Source of the DNA: Amphiscolops sp. MND2022
Taxonomy: Eukaryota
Direction: 5' to 3'
DNA: 64,000 bases
NCBI GenBank assembly: GCA_964187785.1
Contig: OZ076409.1
Span: 27,654,001 to 27,718,000, forward strand
The notes beneath the pieces were generated by a model. It saw only the letters and a list, made by a program, of their open reading frames with translations. It searched no databases and was not told where the DNA came from. The number at the start of each line of letters is the position of its first letter. Within the stretch, counting starts at the first letter, position 1. A program made the position numbers and the translations under genes. Below are positions 26,012 to 36,300 of this stretch, piece by piece.

Positions 26012-29000
26012 ATGGCCTCGGAACAAATGAGTCACGAAGAACAAATCCGTGCAGCGTGGTATGCTCCTTCACCAAGTCAATTCGACGGCCTGAGCCAAGA
26101 CGACCAGGTCCGGGTAATATCGATAGCAGAAGATGGAGGCCCCTCCCGACCTGTAGTAGTCACCTGTGGCGAGAAGCAAGTACTCACCACGCTGGAGGCA
26201 CCCGCCCCAGATTGCACAGAAACACTTATCTCGATACACTTACTTCTCTCGGCCGAGCAAAAATCGCGACCCACGCTGACGCTATCGCAACTAAAGGAGG
26301 AGTTATGCAGAAACGTGAAATATACAATCGCAGCGCGACCGCTCCCGCATTTCGCAAGAGAAGACGAAACGAAACTGGCCCCAATACAGAAAGTCAAAAC
26401 CGTTTCTCCGGTGCCGGTAGCCATCAACGTAGACGGTGTAGACATGAAGTTTGACGCTATCGTAGTCTTAGAAGGTCACTTCCCTCAGGGATTGTACTTG
26501 GGCCGCCAGGAGTTGCGATGTTATAACATCGGAGTGCAAGATGCCCATGGGGAGGCTCGCATTGATGAACGGGCATCCCTGGTAGTTGCCTTTGGCAACA
26601 CAATCCAGGAACCAATACCCTTGTACGGGATGATTGACACCGGCTCGGGTGTCTCCATTCTCTCCCTAAAGGCCTATCAAAAGATTGCATCAGCCCACGC
26701 CTTGAGCCTCCTGCCTTATGACATCCAACTGTATGCCGCCAATGGCAAAACCATCAACACCATCGGCATTGCCGAAAATGTTAGCTTCCAGTTGGGCGGA
26801 CATACCCTTCGAACCAATTTTATAGTCATCGCCGATCACCTAGGTGCGGAGGACTTTTTGCTTGGCAGAAACTTCTTGCGCACTTACAACGTTCTCGTGG
26901 ACCTGACGGCCATGAGGGTCACCATACGAGACCCCAAAGCGCCACGCTACTTCAAACCCGTCCATGAGGTAAGTGACCACGAGCCATCCTTAGTGATATC
27001 CACCGAAAAAGTAGTCCTAGGCCCTTATGAGCGTAAACTGGTGCGAGCCCAAGTTTTTTCTCAAAAGCACAATGAGTACCTTTTCCGAAACGTAATGATT
27101 CGCCCCCTGGGGGTACATAAACGATGCCCCTTTGTTTCAGAAGATACATTGACGTCTGTTGGAGACGAGGGCATTGTTTTCATAGCCGTACGAAACACTG
27201 CCACCTTTGAAAACGTAACCATTCCAACCAAAACTGTCCTCGGTAAGGCAGAACCTACAAACTTTGTGTTGCAACCTGTGGCTGCCGACACGGCAACCGA
27301 AATTGATAAACCTTTGTTTGAACAAGTTAATAGAGTTTATACCGATGAGTGGTTGAACGAAACGAGTTCGGAATATAGTTCTTTTGCTCAAAACTTTTTG
27401 TCCTCTACTGAGATGTCTGAAGAAGGGTTGTCGGAAAGTGAGAAGCGTGCTCGGACTGACCCACAGTTACTAAGACCTATACCAGGTCCAGACCTCTCTT
27501 CTGTCCTTTCTTCATGGGGGGAGGGAGCGAGAGATCAACTAGCAAGCGTCCTGAGCGAGTACGATGATCTTTTTATGAAGCATAAAGCTGACATAGGGAG
27601 GTGCAAAATAGCGAAACATCGTATAGAACTAGAGCCGGAAGCTATCCCGCATAGAGAAGGCGCTCGGCGCATGTCCCCGGATAAGGCGGCGAAGGCTAAT
27701 CAAGAGGTGCGGAATGTGTTGGCCCTTGGCCTAATTCAACCCTCCTATTCACCGTGGGCAAGCGGAATAGTCATGGTCAAAAAGAAAACAGGCGAACTTC
27801 GCTTCTGCTGCGACTTCCGACCGCTCAACGACGTAACGGTCAAGGACGCGTTCCCATTGCCCAGGATTGATGAAAGTCTATCCCGGATAGGCAATGCGAA
27901 AATTTTCACAAGTATTGACCTAGCGTGGGCCTTCTGGCAGATACCGCTAAAGAAGCGCGATAGGAGGAAAACGGCGTTTGCCTGCGAACTGGGCTTGTTC
28001 GAATGGCGACGCATGCCCTTTGGGCTGTGCAATGCCTCAGCCACATTTCAGCGTTCCATTACACGAGCCCTGCAACGGATCCAACAGCGACACGGGAGTG
28101 TCGTCATGGCTTACATTGACGACATCGTTATCGCCACGGAAACCATAGAAGACCACATCGCACGAATCAAGGAAGTATTCGAGTGTCTCCGAGAGGCTGG
28201 ATTCAAGATGCGTGCCGAGAAATGTGACTTCATGCGCACGGAGACAAAGTACCTGGGGCGAGTGGTGTCCTCAGAAGGCATCGAGCCAGACCCCGAAGCA
28301 GTAATCAAAATCCAAGAATGGATGCCCCCAAGAAGCAAAGAGGAGCTTCAGAGCTTCCTAGGGTTCGCGAACTATTACCGAGACTTTGTGCCGTTTCATG
28401 CAGCCAAGGTGCAACCCCTGCAGGAGTTGCTCAAGAAGAGTCAGCATTTCCACTGGGAAGTGAAACACCAAGAGGCCTTCGATGCCGTAAAAGAGGCACT
28501 AGCAAATGCGACCGCCTTGGCAGCCCCAAATGAAGACGGACGGTTCGTGCTCGATACCGATGCTAGTGCGGTAGCAATAGCTGGAATCCTGCACCAGGAA
28601 CAAGAACACAACGGGAAAACTATCTTACGGCCAATAGTCTTCGGGAGCAAGTCCCTAACGAAGACGCAACTGAACTATGGAGCACCCAAGTTGGAAATGT
28701 ACGCAGTATTTAACTTCATAGAGAAATTCCACTCGTATCTCGCAGGCCGAGAGTTCACGCCCCGCGTGGACAACCAGGCCCTATCGTGGCTTAAAACGTA
28801 CTCCATGGACCAAGCCATGATAGGTCGCTGGATAGCCCGTCTGGATCAATATAACTTCAAGACGATCCACCGACCTCGCACACAGCATCGAAACGTGGAC
28901 GGCCTCAGCAAACGGACTAACGACTATGTGCACCGAGAGAAAATCCTTGAGAAGTTACCGGAAGTGAGTGAAGGATTCAACTTCATGACCCAGGAAGACT

Positions 29001-31243
29001 ATGAAGCACTCCCCACCGTGCCATACTTTGATAAACACGGACGCCTAATACCAAACCATCCAGAGCTTCCACCGGAAGCTCGAGCCCAACTCCCACTGCT
29101 GTATATCTTGGGAAAAAGGCCCAAAATGAGCTTGCAAGAACCCCCGGTGAGTGATGCCCCGTGGTACCCCCAAATACAGTGGGAAGCGACACCCACCATC
29201 GATGAGGATCACCGACCGAGTCACATCCTCAGCATCACAACCGGAAGGCCACCGGCACGCCTAGACACTGGAGATCCTGATCCTGTGCTTGAAGGGATGC
29301 CACCCGAATGCCAAAGACAAGCCCACGCCCTCAGAACAGTCGGGACAGAGCTGCACGAACACTTTCTAACTAGACGTGGTCTCAAAGACCTGCACCTAGC
29401 GCAAAATAGGGACGTGCACCTCCTGGCGCTGAGGAAACTCATGAAAGGCGAACCACTGGAAGACACAATATTCCCCGAAGACGTGCAGGACTTCGCGCGA
29501 CGCTACTTCCATCAAAAGAAAGACCTGCTCTTCCTGAACCCAGACGACATCCTCTGCGTCAACTACGTTCCGCAACAACGTGCGCTGCACGTGCGACCGT
29601 GCATGATAGTCATGCCCCAACTATACCAACACGAGATTTTGTATAGGGCGCACGACGAATCGGGACATCAGGGCGTAGGGAAGGTGCTAGCAAGAGTACA
29701 AGAGCGGCACACCTGGCCGGGCATCAAGCGTGACATAGTCAATCATATTAAGCACTGCTTAACCTGCCAGCAAACAAAACACCCTGCCGGGAACCCCTGC
29801 TACCCCTTGCAGAACATTAACAGCAGCAATTTCAACGACTTGGTGCAATTCGACCACCTCAAACTATGCAAAACTGAGTCGGGGAACACCGGTCTCTTGG
29901 TCATGATAGACCACTTCACGAAATTCGCCGAGGCTATCCCGTGTGCCCACGACGAATATGATGCCCAAACCACAGCTAAGATCATCCTTAATAAATGGTT
30001 TGCCAGGCACGGCACTCCAGCACGCATGCAGTCGGACAATGCCACGAATTTCACAGCTGAAATCGCGCAGGAGTTAATGAAGGCATCGCAGGTAACAAAG
30101 GTGACATCCACAGCAGCGCATCCCCGAGGAAATGGACTCGTGGAGAGACAGAACCGAACGTTACTCACACTGCTCAGAGTCTACACATCGCGGCGAATGC
30201 AGGATTGGGATGAGCACATCGATGGAATCCTCGGTGCTTACAATTCAACTAGACACGCAACCACGGGATTCTCTCCCTACATGCTCCAACATGGAGCCGA
30301 AAAATCCATTCCCTTGTCGTTCATCTACCCAGAGTTTGCTGCGCGAGGATTCGATTCCAAAGAAGAATTCGTAGAACACCTTCTAGCCAGGCAACAAGAA
30401 ATCCATGAACTCGTCAGAAGAAATACGCACCAAGCACAGCTAAGGCAAAAGCTAAAGTTTGAACGCCACCGGAAGGCCAAAGCGCACGCCGTAGGCGATG
30501 CGGTGTGGGTATTCTGCCATATCATACCCAAGGGTGGCACCCGCAAGCTGATTCGCGCATGGCGTGGACCGCACAAGGTGACTGACGTGTTGCAGGACGG
30601 ACGATTATATGTGCTAGACACTGGTCAAAAGGTCCATTACGAAAGATTAAAAAAACACGTGCCCGCCCCTTGGGACTGGGCTGCACACCAGCCCTTTGGG
30701 CCGGATCAAAACGTAGCCATCATTGCTGATCCGTATGTAGAAGAAAGCAATGAAGAGATAGCGTCCGACATCTCTCGAGAATCTTTTCTACCAGAACAAC
30801 TTCCGGAAGCGTCGTTCGAAATGGAGCCAACAGGATCGGTTCCACCTCGTACCATTCAGACTCGTACCCAAACGGCCCTCGAGCAAGGAATACCCCGAAG
30901 AAGATTCAGCCACTTCGGATACCCCTCTGACTCAGACTCCGAAAGAGAAGAAAATGAACCGCCGATCCAGAGCCCAGCACCGCCAGTAGTGTTCCCCGAC
31001 TTGGACGACCTAGAACCACTGTACTCCGACCAGGAGGAAATTCAGCCAGCCGCACCTACAAATCTGATACCATCACCCTCAGGGACCTCGGCCCCACTAC
31101 TATCCAATCCGTCCCTGACGGATACCCTGAGTAACTTTCCCTTGTTTGGCCCCCTATTGGAGGACCCAATCGGTCCGATGGAAATTAAACCAAAGTCAGG
31201 AACTGAAGACGAAGAAGAGATAGTCCATCGCAGTCCAAACTAA
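25499..31243 (+). CDS. pol: Pol polyprotein: aspartic protease, RT, RNase H, integrase
   Basis: DTGSG (~26636), MPFGL/YIDD (~28112), DTDAS...E...D RNase H, HDESGH...CLTC zinc domain, FDH/SDN/VER DDE core, WRGPHKV GPY/F motif. Confidence 0.97.
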   Translation: MHRNNTWRPRQQWKPSASRYNNTYARMRGSTRSDNYPMIPPPQQQANIPQPNQSPVAPTPAQKMQQQQPPQPAAYQQQPMPPAAYRQQPQRACFNCGDPSHFVVDWPLKDRARKPVQQQVNSCHTNPTGSWVCPSQPHGLNYDVFPASLPTQGTVAFCINCGRTEHSASECMASEQMSHEEQIRAAWYAPSPSQFDGLSQDDQVRVISIAEDGGPSRPVVVTCGEKQVLTTLEAPAPDCTETLISIHLLLSAEQKSRPTLTLSQLKEELCRNVKYTIAARPLPHFAREDETKLAPIQKVKTVSPVPVAINVDGVDMKFDAIVVLEGHFPQGLYLGRQELRCYNIGVQDAHGEARIDERASLVVAFGNTIQEPIPLYGMIDTGSGVSILSLKAYQKIASAHALSLLPYDIQLYAANGKTINTIGIAENVSFQLGGHTLRTNFIVIADHLGAEDFLLGRNFLRTYNVLVDLTAMRVTIRDPKAPRYFKPVHEVSDHEPSLVISTEKVVLGPYERKLVRAQVFSQKHNEYLFRNVMIRPLGVHKRCPFVSEDTLTSVGDEGIVFIAVRNTATFENVTIPTKTVLGKAEPTNFVLQPVAADTATEIDKPLFEQVNRVYTDEWLNETSSEYSSFAQNFLSSTEMSEEGLSESEKRARTDPQLLRPIPGPDLSSVLSSWGEGARDQLASVLSEYDDLFMKHKADIGRCKIAKHRIELEPEAIPHREGARRMSPDKAAKANQEVRNVLALGLIQPSYSPWASGIVMVKKKTGELRFCCDFRPLNDVTVKDAFPLPRIDESLSRIGNAKIFTSIDLAWAFWQIPLKKRDRRKTAFACELGLFEWRRMPFGLCNASATFQRSITRALQRIQQRHGSVVMAYIDDIVIATETIEDHIARIKEVFECLREAGFKMRAEKCDFMRTETKYLGRVVSSEGIEPDPEAVIKIQEWMPPRSKEELQSFLGFANYYRDFVPFHAAKVQPLQELLKKSQHFHWEVKHQEAFDAVKEALANATALAAPNEDGRFVLDTDASAVAIAGILHQEQEHNGKTILRPIVFGSKSLTKTQLNYGAPKLEMYAVFNFIEKFHSYLAGREFTPRVDNQALSWLKTYSMDQAMIGRWIARLDQYNFKTIHRPRTQHRNVDGLSKRTNDYVHREKILEKLPEVSEGFNFMTQEDYEALPTVPYFDKHGRLIPNHPELPPEARAQLPLLYILGKRPKMSLQEPPVSDAPWYPQIQWEATPTIDEDHRPSHILSITTGRPPARLDTGDPDPVLEGMPPECQRQAHALRTVGTELHEHFLTRRGLKDLHLAQNRDVHLLALRKLMKGEPLEDTIFPEDVQDFARRYFHQKKDLLFLNPDDILCVNYVPQQRALHVRPCMIVMPQLYQHEILYRAHDESGHQGVGKVLARVQERHTWPGIKRDIVNHIKHCLTCQQTKHPAGNPCYPLQNINSSNFNDLVQFDHLKLCKTESGNTGLLVMIDHFTKFAEAIPCAHDEYDAQTTAKIILNKWFARHGTPARMQSDNATNFTAEIAQELMKASQVTKVTSTAAHPRGNGLVERQNRTLLTLLRVYTSRRMQDWDEHIDGILGAYNSTRHATTGFSPYMLQHGAEKSIPLSFIYPEFAARGFDSKEEFVEHLLARQQEIHELVRRNTHQAQLRQKLKFERHRKAKAHAVGDAVWVFCHIIPKGGTRKLIRAWRGPHKVTDVLQDGRLYVLDTGQKVHYERLKKHVPAPWDWAAHQPFGPDQNVAIIADPYVEESNEEIASDISRESFLPEQLPEASFEMEPTGSVPPRTIQTRTQTALEQGIPRRRFSHFGYPSDSDSEREENEPPIQSPAPPVVFPDLDDLEPLYSDQEEIQPAAPTNLIPSPSGTSAPLLSNPSLTDTLSNFPLFGPLLEDPIGPMEIKPKSGTEDEEEIVHRSPN

Positions 31244-32989
31244 TGCTCAACACAACCCGATACCACGAACCGCAGAGGACGGCCTCGAGGCCGACCACCA
31301 GGTCGAGGACGACCCCGCGCCATACCATCCAGTAGAACCACGACATCGTCGCGAACCCAAACCACACGATCCAGAAGAGGCCCTAGGACAAGAGTGAGCA
31401 CTCGTGCACCCCCTCGAAAGCTAGACCGAGCAATGACTCTACCAGAGATACCCGAAAGCCAACAACCACCGGAGAACCAGAATTCTGAACCGAGACCGTC
31501 ATCGCAAACATCACGATATCAACTGCGAGCTAATAGAGCACCACGATACAAGTGTGGAACCTGTGGTTCCCGCAACTGTAGTTGCGTCAAGCAACTGACT
31601 CGCGATTCACCGGACAACCGATTGGCCCGGGGAGCGGTAGTCCCTGCCAGGGACCTCCTAATGGCCAGGGCACATTATCATCCACAACATGAGATCCTGA
31701 CTGTACAAGCCCAGCGAGAAAAAGTTGAGGCCCCTCCGCTAGTACACCATCTAATCATCACGGTAGAGAAAACATTCACTAGTGTGGAGCGAGAAGTGAT
31801 ACCACCGCTGGAAGAAACACTCAGAGCAATGCACGCGACATCTCCCTCCGACTGCCCCACTTACCGATTCAAGGAATGGACACCACCTCACCGAGGCGGT
31901 TTAGAGTTCACCCTACATGCCATCATACCGCCCTTGCCACCCTCAATGACGTTCGGCGAGCTAGCGGAAGAGGATAGCAGCCCGGAGATGGTTCGCTGTA
32001 CCACTGCACACCAACTGTGGGAGAAATATCGCATTGCCTCCCCGCCGGGAGACATATACCAGCCCACCAATGGATGGTGGCTACTCGTCACTTCTCTCGA
32101 CGCAACGACATTGGTGTCTCCCACAACTCTATTAATGTGCTTAGAGAGCTTGCGCACTGTAACAGAACCTGAGAATACGCTCTGTTTCCACATGGCCGAC
32201 ATTCATCGCGGCAAGTTCCTAAGCCAACATTGGCTACAATTAATAGCGGTCATCTTCTGCCGACAGGCGAAGATACACTTCTTGGATCGGCAATCTTATA
32301 CGCCGGAAAAACCCGTCACGGTCAACGAAGCACTCTCGATAGCACACGATTGGTCATCTACCAACATGGGAGATAGACCGCTACGCCGCACCGTCTGGGA
32401 GGACCGCAAAGCGATCTTACGGCATTTAGCACCCCAACCTAATGATGACCAGAGCAATACCACCGGCAAATGGCTCATAACCCAGCCCAAGACCAGACCG
32501 AACAACCTGCCTTGGATAACTTATGCCAATACAGATATCCTGCAGGCCCCTGGCACTGTGATACTGTGCTGCCCTGCAGATTTGCTCTCTTACTCTTCCA
32601 CCACCCGTTATGTTATTCGCGAGTACGGTCAGGAAAACATATTTCGCCTAAGGCCGGCAGTTGGCACCGCAATTCGCTTAGTCCGCTCGCCAACTGCACC
32701 CTGGAATAACGAAATTTTCCTTCTATGTACAAGAGCATCGAATAAATACCCACTCTTACATGAAGTACTCCATGCGTGTTTGACAAATTTGATAACCCAG
32801 CTCCATCGAAACCACATTACCAGAATCCACTTGCCCATATATGATCCCGAGCGATCAATGAACCTCCTACCAGCCTGGTACGCCACGCTACGCGACCACT
32901 TTGCAGACCATAGTATTGCAATAATCTTGCACGATCGCGTCTATGTCTCGATAGCATCGGTGACCTCAGTCGATTTTGGCGGTAGTTAA
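31244..32989 (+). CDS. In-frame extension after integrase: AT-hook cluster, CxxC-CxC motif, two degenerate macrodomain-like repeats
   Basis: Same frame as pol, separated only by TAA at 31241-31243. RRGRPRGRPPGRGRPR at ~31271-31318. WITYANTDILQAP...IFLLCTR...ITRIHLP resembles TARG1/OARD1. Confidence 0.72.
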   Translation, partial: CSTQPDTTNRRGRPRGRPPGRGRPRAIPSSRTTTSSRTQTTRSRRGPRTRVSTRAPPRKLDRAMTLPEIPESQQPPENQNSEPRPSSQTSRYQLRANRAPRYKCGTCGSRNCSCVKQLTRDSPDNRLARGAVVPARDLLMARAHYHPQHEILTVQAQREKVEAPPLVHHLIITVEKTFTSVEREVIPPLEETLRAMHATSPSDCPTYRFKEWTPPHRGGLEFTLHAIIPPLPPSMTFGELAEEDSSPEMVRCTTAHQLWEKYRIASPPGDIYQPTNGWWLLVTSLDATTLVSPTTLLMCLESLRTVTEPENTLCFHMADIHRGKFLSQHWLQLIAVIFCRQAKIHFLDRQSYTPEKPVTVNEALSIAHDWSSTNMGDRPLRRTVWEDRKAILRHLAPQPNDDQSNTTGKWLITQPKTRPNNLPWITYANTDILQAPGTVILCCPADLLSYSSTTRYVIREYGQENIFRLRPAVGTAIRLVRSPTAPWNNEIFLLCTRASNKYPLLHEVLHACLTNLITQLHRNHITRIHLPIYDPERSMNLLPAWYATLRDHFADHSIAIILHDRVYVSIASVTSVDFGGS

Positions 32990-33320
32990 GAACACGTCTC
33001 GCTCTCTCCTTGGCAAATCAGGCCACTGGCCTTTTGCATTGCCTTTCGTAATTTCGAAGCACCTTAAATTTTAACAACGATGCACCGATAAGCGCAAGTT
33101 TTAGTAGCAACCACATAAAATTTTTTTAACCTTGTGTTTGTGTGTTCGTCCTAAAAAGTTTGACTGACCACCCATTTATGTAACGTTTTATCCCCAACTG
33201 TGACCTGTTTTTCAGTTTTGTCTTGTTGCCTCGCCTCTGCGCGGCTCCCCCACTTATCACGCCAAATCAGTCTTGCCATCACAATCTTCGGTGCTAAACA
33301 TTCCTTTATCATTGTTTCCA

Positions 33321-36300
33321 ATGGACCCATCTGCGCGACACCGCCTGCCTGCACCCCAGAACGCTGCGCGTGCCCAACCATCCACAAGGAGCGATCCACC
33401 TCCAATGATGAGTGAAATAGATGGTCGAGTCGACCAACTAGCTCTTGTCCAAGACACTCTACTAAACGGAGCGACACCCACAATGATCGCTGGCTTTGCC
33501 ATGATCATCGCCCAAATCCAAGCTCAGGCAGAGTACCCTGATGTTAGCCTCACCATCACCAGCCGGGTCGGCCCGATAGAACGCTCTGCCACCTTTCGCG
33601 ACGGTACCTGGCAAGGGTATGACTTGACCCACAGCCTCATAGATCCTCGCTCCCACTTAGTCTATGGAGAGCCTACTAGGCCTCCCATGGACCAAGAGCG
33701 ATCACTGCGCATTTCGCAATCGGCATTGCAGACACAAACTACGACCCCGTTGCCCTCACCACACCCTGTGCAATTCAGCTGCACACTGCCAATCATGCCA
33801 CCCCCAGTGCTAACACCGCCCATGCCTCTGGCATCGGAAGGCATCCGACTACTCACAACCCCATCTTCTAACTTCATGCTTCCATCTACCTTTCAGGGGG
33901 GAGGGGTGCAAGTAGACAATACAACAAGCGCTACCCTGAGCGAAGAACAGCCCAGGAGAACGGTGACGTTCAAGGACTCATATGAAGAATTGACTCAAAC
34001 GTCCTCCAGAACCGAATCACAAGTCTCGGAACCTCCACAAGTCTCAGAACCAGCCAGCCTAGTAGGCTTCCAGATGGACCCACAATTCCGAGAACGTCAG
34101 CGAGAACAACAGAAAGCTGAAAGTAAGGCGGCCAACACCGTGGTAGACCTCCGGGAGGAGATTAAAGCTGGAAAGCGAGCTAGAGAGGCGGCCGGGCAAG
34201 GTAGGCAATCGAGCTCGACCAGTATCCCGCAACCCCCGTCTACCTCGCCCACACAACCAGAAATCAGGAGACCTAGAATAACGCACGAATTCCTCACAAA
34301 TGCAGAAAAACGACAGCTAGACATCACTGCACGCGACGCACTGCGTCTCAAGCGGGAAATACCAACCACGACGTCACCAGAAGACCCATTACAACAGAAG
34401 TTCGAGGTCGCTACAGGAACAGGGGACCTTGCCAGTAGACAGAAAATAGAAAAAGCCACGGTAGGGGTACTCTACAATCGCCCCGTCAAGAAACCCGTGT
34501 TCACTCGGGATGGATGCCCCCCCTGGTTCAACCGCATGCGGGCAGAACTGGAGAGAGTGGATTCAACATACATGCGTGTTCCCGACGGCTTCCTCCGACA
34601 GCGCCCAGGCCGCTTTGACGAAGACCGCTTGCGAACCAAGAACTATGCGAGGGACCCCATTACAATCCTGCCCATGGGAAAGGACCTCCTACAGAAAACC
34701 AGAATAGCCTTCTTCGTCGACTCGACGATAAAGTCTTCTTTCAATTCCCACAATACCCTCATGGACGTCAGAATACTGAACATGCCCTGTACTACACTGA
34801 ATGAAATGGCAGAGGTGACTGATAAAATGTTCACCCAAGCGGGAACAGAGACTATCCCACTACCTCCGTTGTTGGTATATTCGAATGTGATAGACCACCT
34901 CGCTCTGCGAGGGACCCTGGAATTCTTCCGGCCAGACCATGAAAGGTTTACCGAGGGGTTCGTCACTGACGAGGTAACTAACTACGTGGAGACGATGGCC
35001 AATATTGCCCAAGCTATGCGCAGAAAGAAAGCCACCACTGGGACGGTGTTTATGTCACCTCCAGGCTACGTGTACCTTCCTCGGACCCTTCAGCAATTCT
35101 TGTACCTAATAATGGAGGCCGCGTACGCGAGAGATCTGGCTTTCTACATTGTGGCCCCTAATTTACGCATCAGTAACAATAGCTGGCGCCCCTGTGAAGC
35201 CTCATACCCAGCCTTCATTGCCGAAGTCTCCAAGGCCCTCCAATCATACGTCGGTTACCGCGGCAATTCCCAAATGATAGTAGATGAAGCAACAGCGTTC
35301 GATTATGGGATGGAAATGGCTCGTCGATCAATGAACGAGCGTGGAGACCGAATAGTGAATAATCCAAATGAAAATGAGCGCAATAACCTGGTGGATAACC
35401 TCTGGTTTGAACGCCGGGACGAATCGACCATAGACGAGAAAACGCATGAGCCCAAGTTCCACAAAGAACTCACGAGTCTGATGAAGGAAACCGAAACGAT
35501 TCAAAGTGATAGGAAGAATTCCTCTATCTTCCCTATAACACAAATATCGTTGGACGCTGAACCTGGGCAAAGATCACCCACATTAGCCATGCTGTTGATA
35601 CAGGCTCAAGATATTGTACGAAGGAATGCTCAAGAGCCAACACACACATACCAAACATGGCACGACCAACTGCGAGAACCTCTGGGCCAAGTCGCGGACC
35701 AGCTAGGCATATCATTTCCCGTATTCCTCCATAACATCTCTCCCTTCTGGCTTCCTTCCCTAGTACAGGCCGAGTACGGCCTGGATGAGCAGCGAATGCG
35801 ACTATACATGGAGTCCATGGAAAGAGCCACCATTAGTGAAATACTAGCGTATTTGATGGCCGTGGGGTTGACCATGATGTACCGAGGACCGTCAGCCCTC
35901 ATACAAAAGTTCGTGCTCAACAAGGGAGGCTCAGCCCTGTTCAGCTTCCTGGTCTTTTCGCAGAATCAAAGGAGTTGGATATCTGCGCTCATTAAAACTC
36001 TGGACCCAGCGGGTTCCTTGAAGTTAAAAGCGCAACTAGATTTGAACATTCAAGCACTTCTAGTGTGGATTTATTCCACTTGGGTCAATGTTTCTGGCGT
36101 TATGCATCCTCTGGATGAGTGCCCAGCTATTAACCGAGATCCCAGTCAGCTTCCAGGGTTCCTGTTCCCTACACAAATAGCAACGTTGATGCTCGTGGAA
36201 ACAGAGGACCTGATCCCACTCATTGCTCCTGTAATCTGGCCTATCTTCGGCGCAGTTATGGCCTTGCGCTATCCAACGCAGGCCTTGCGAGTGGCAGCAG

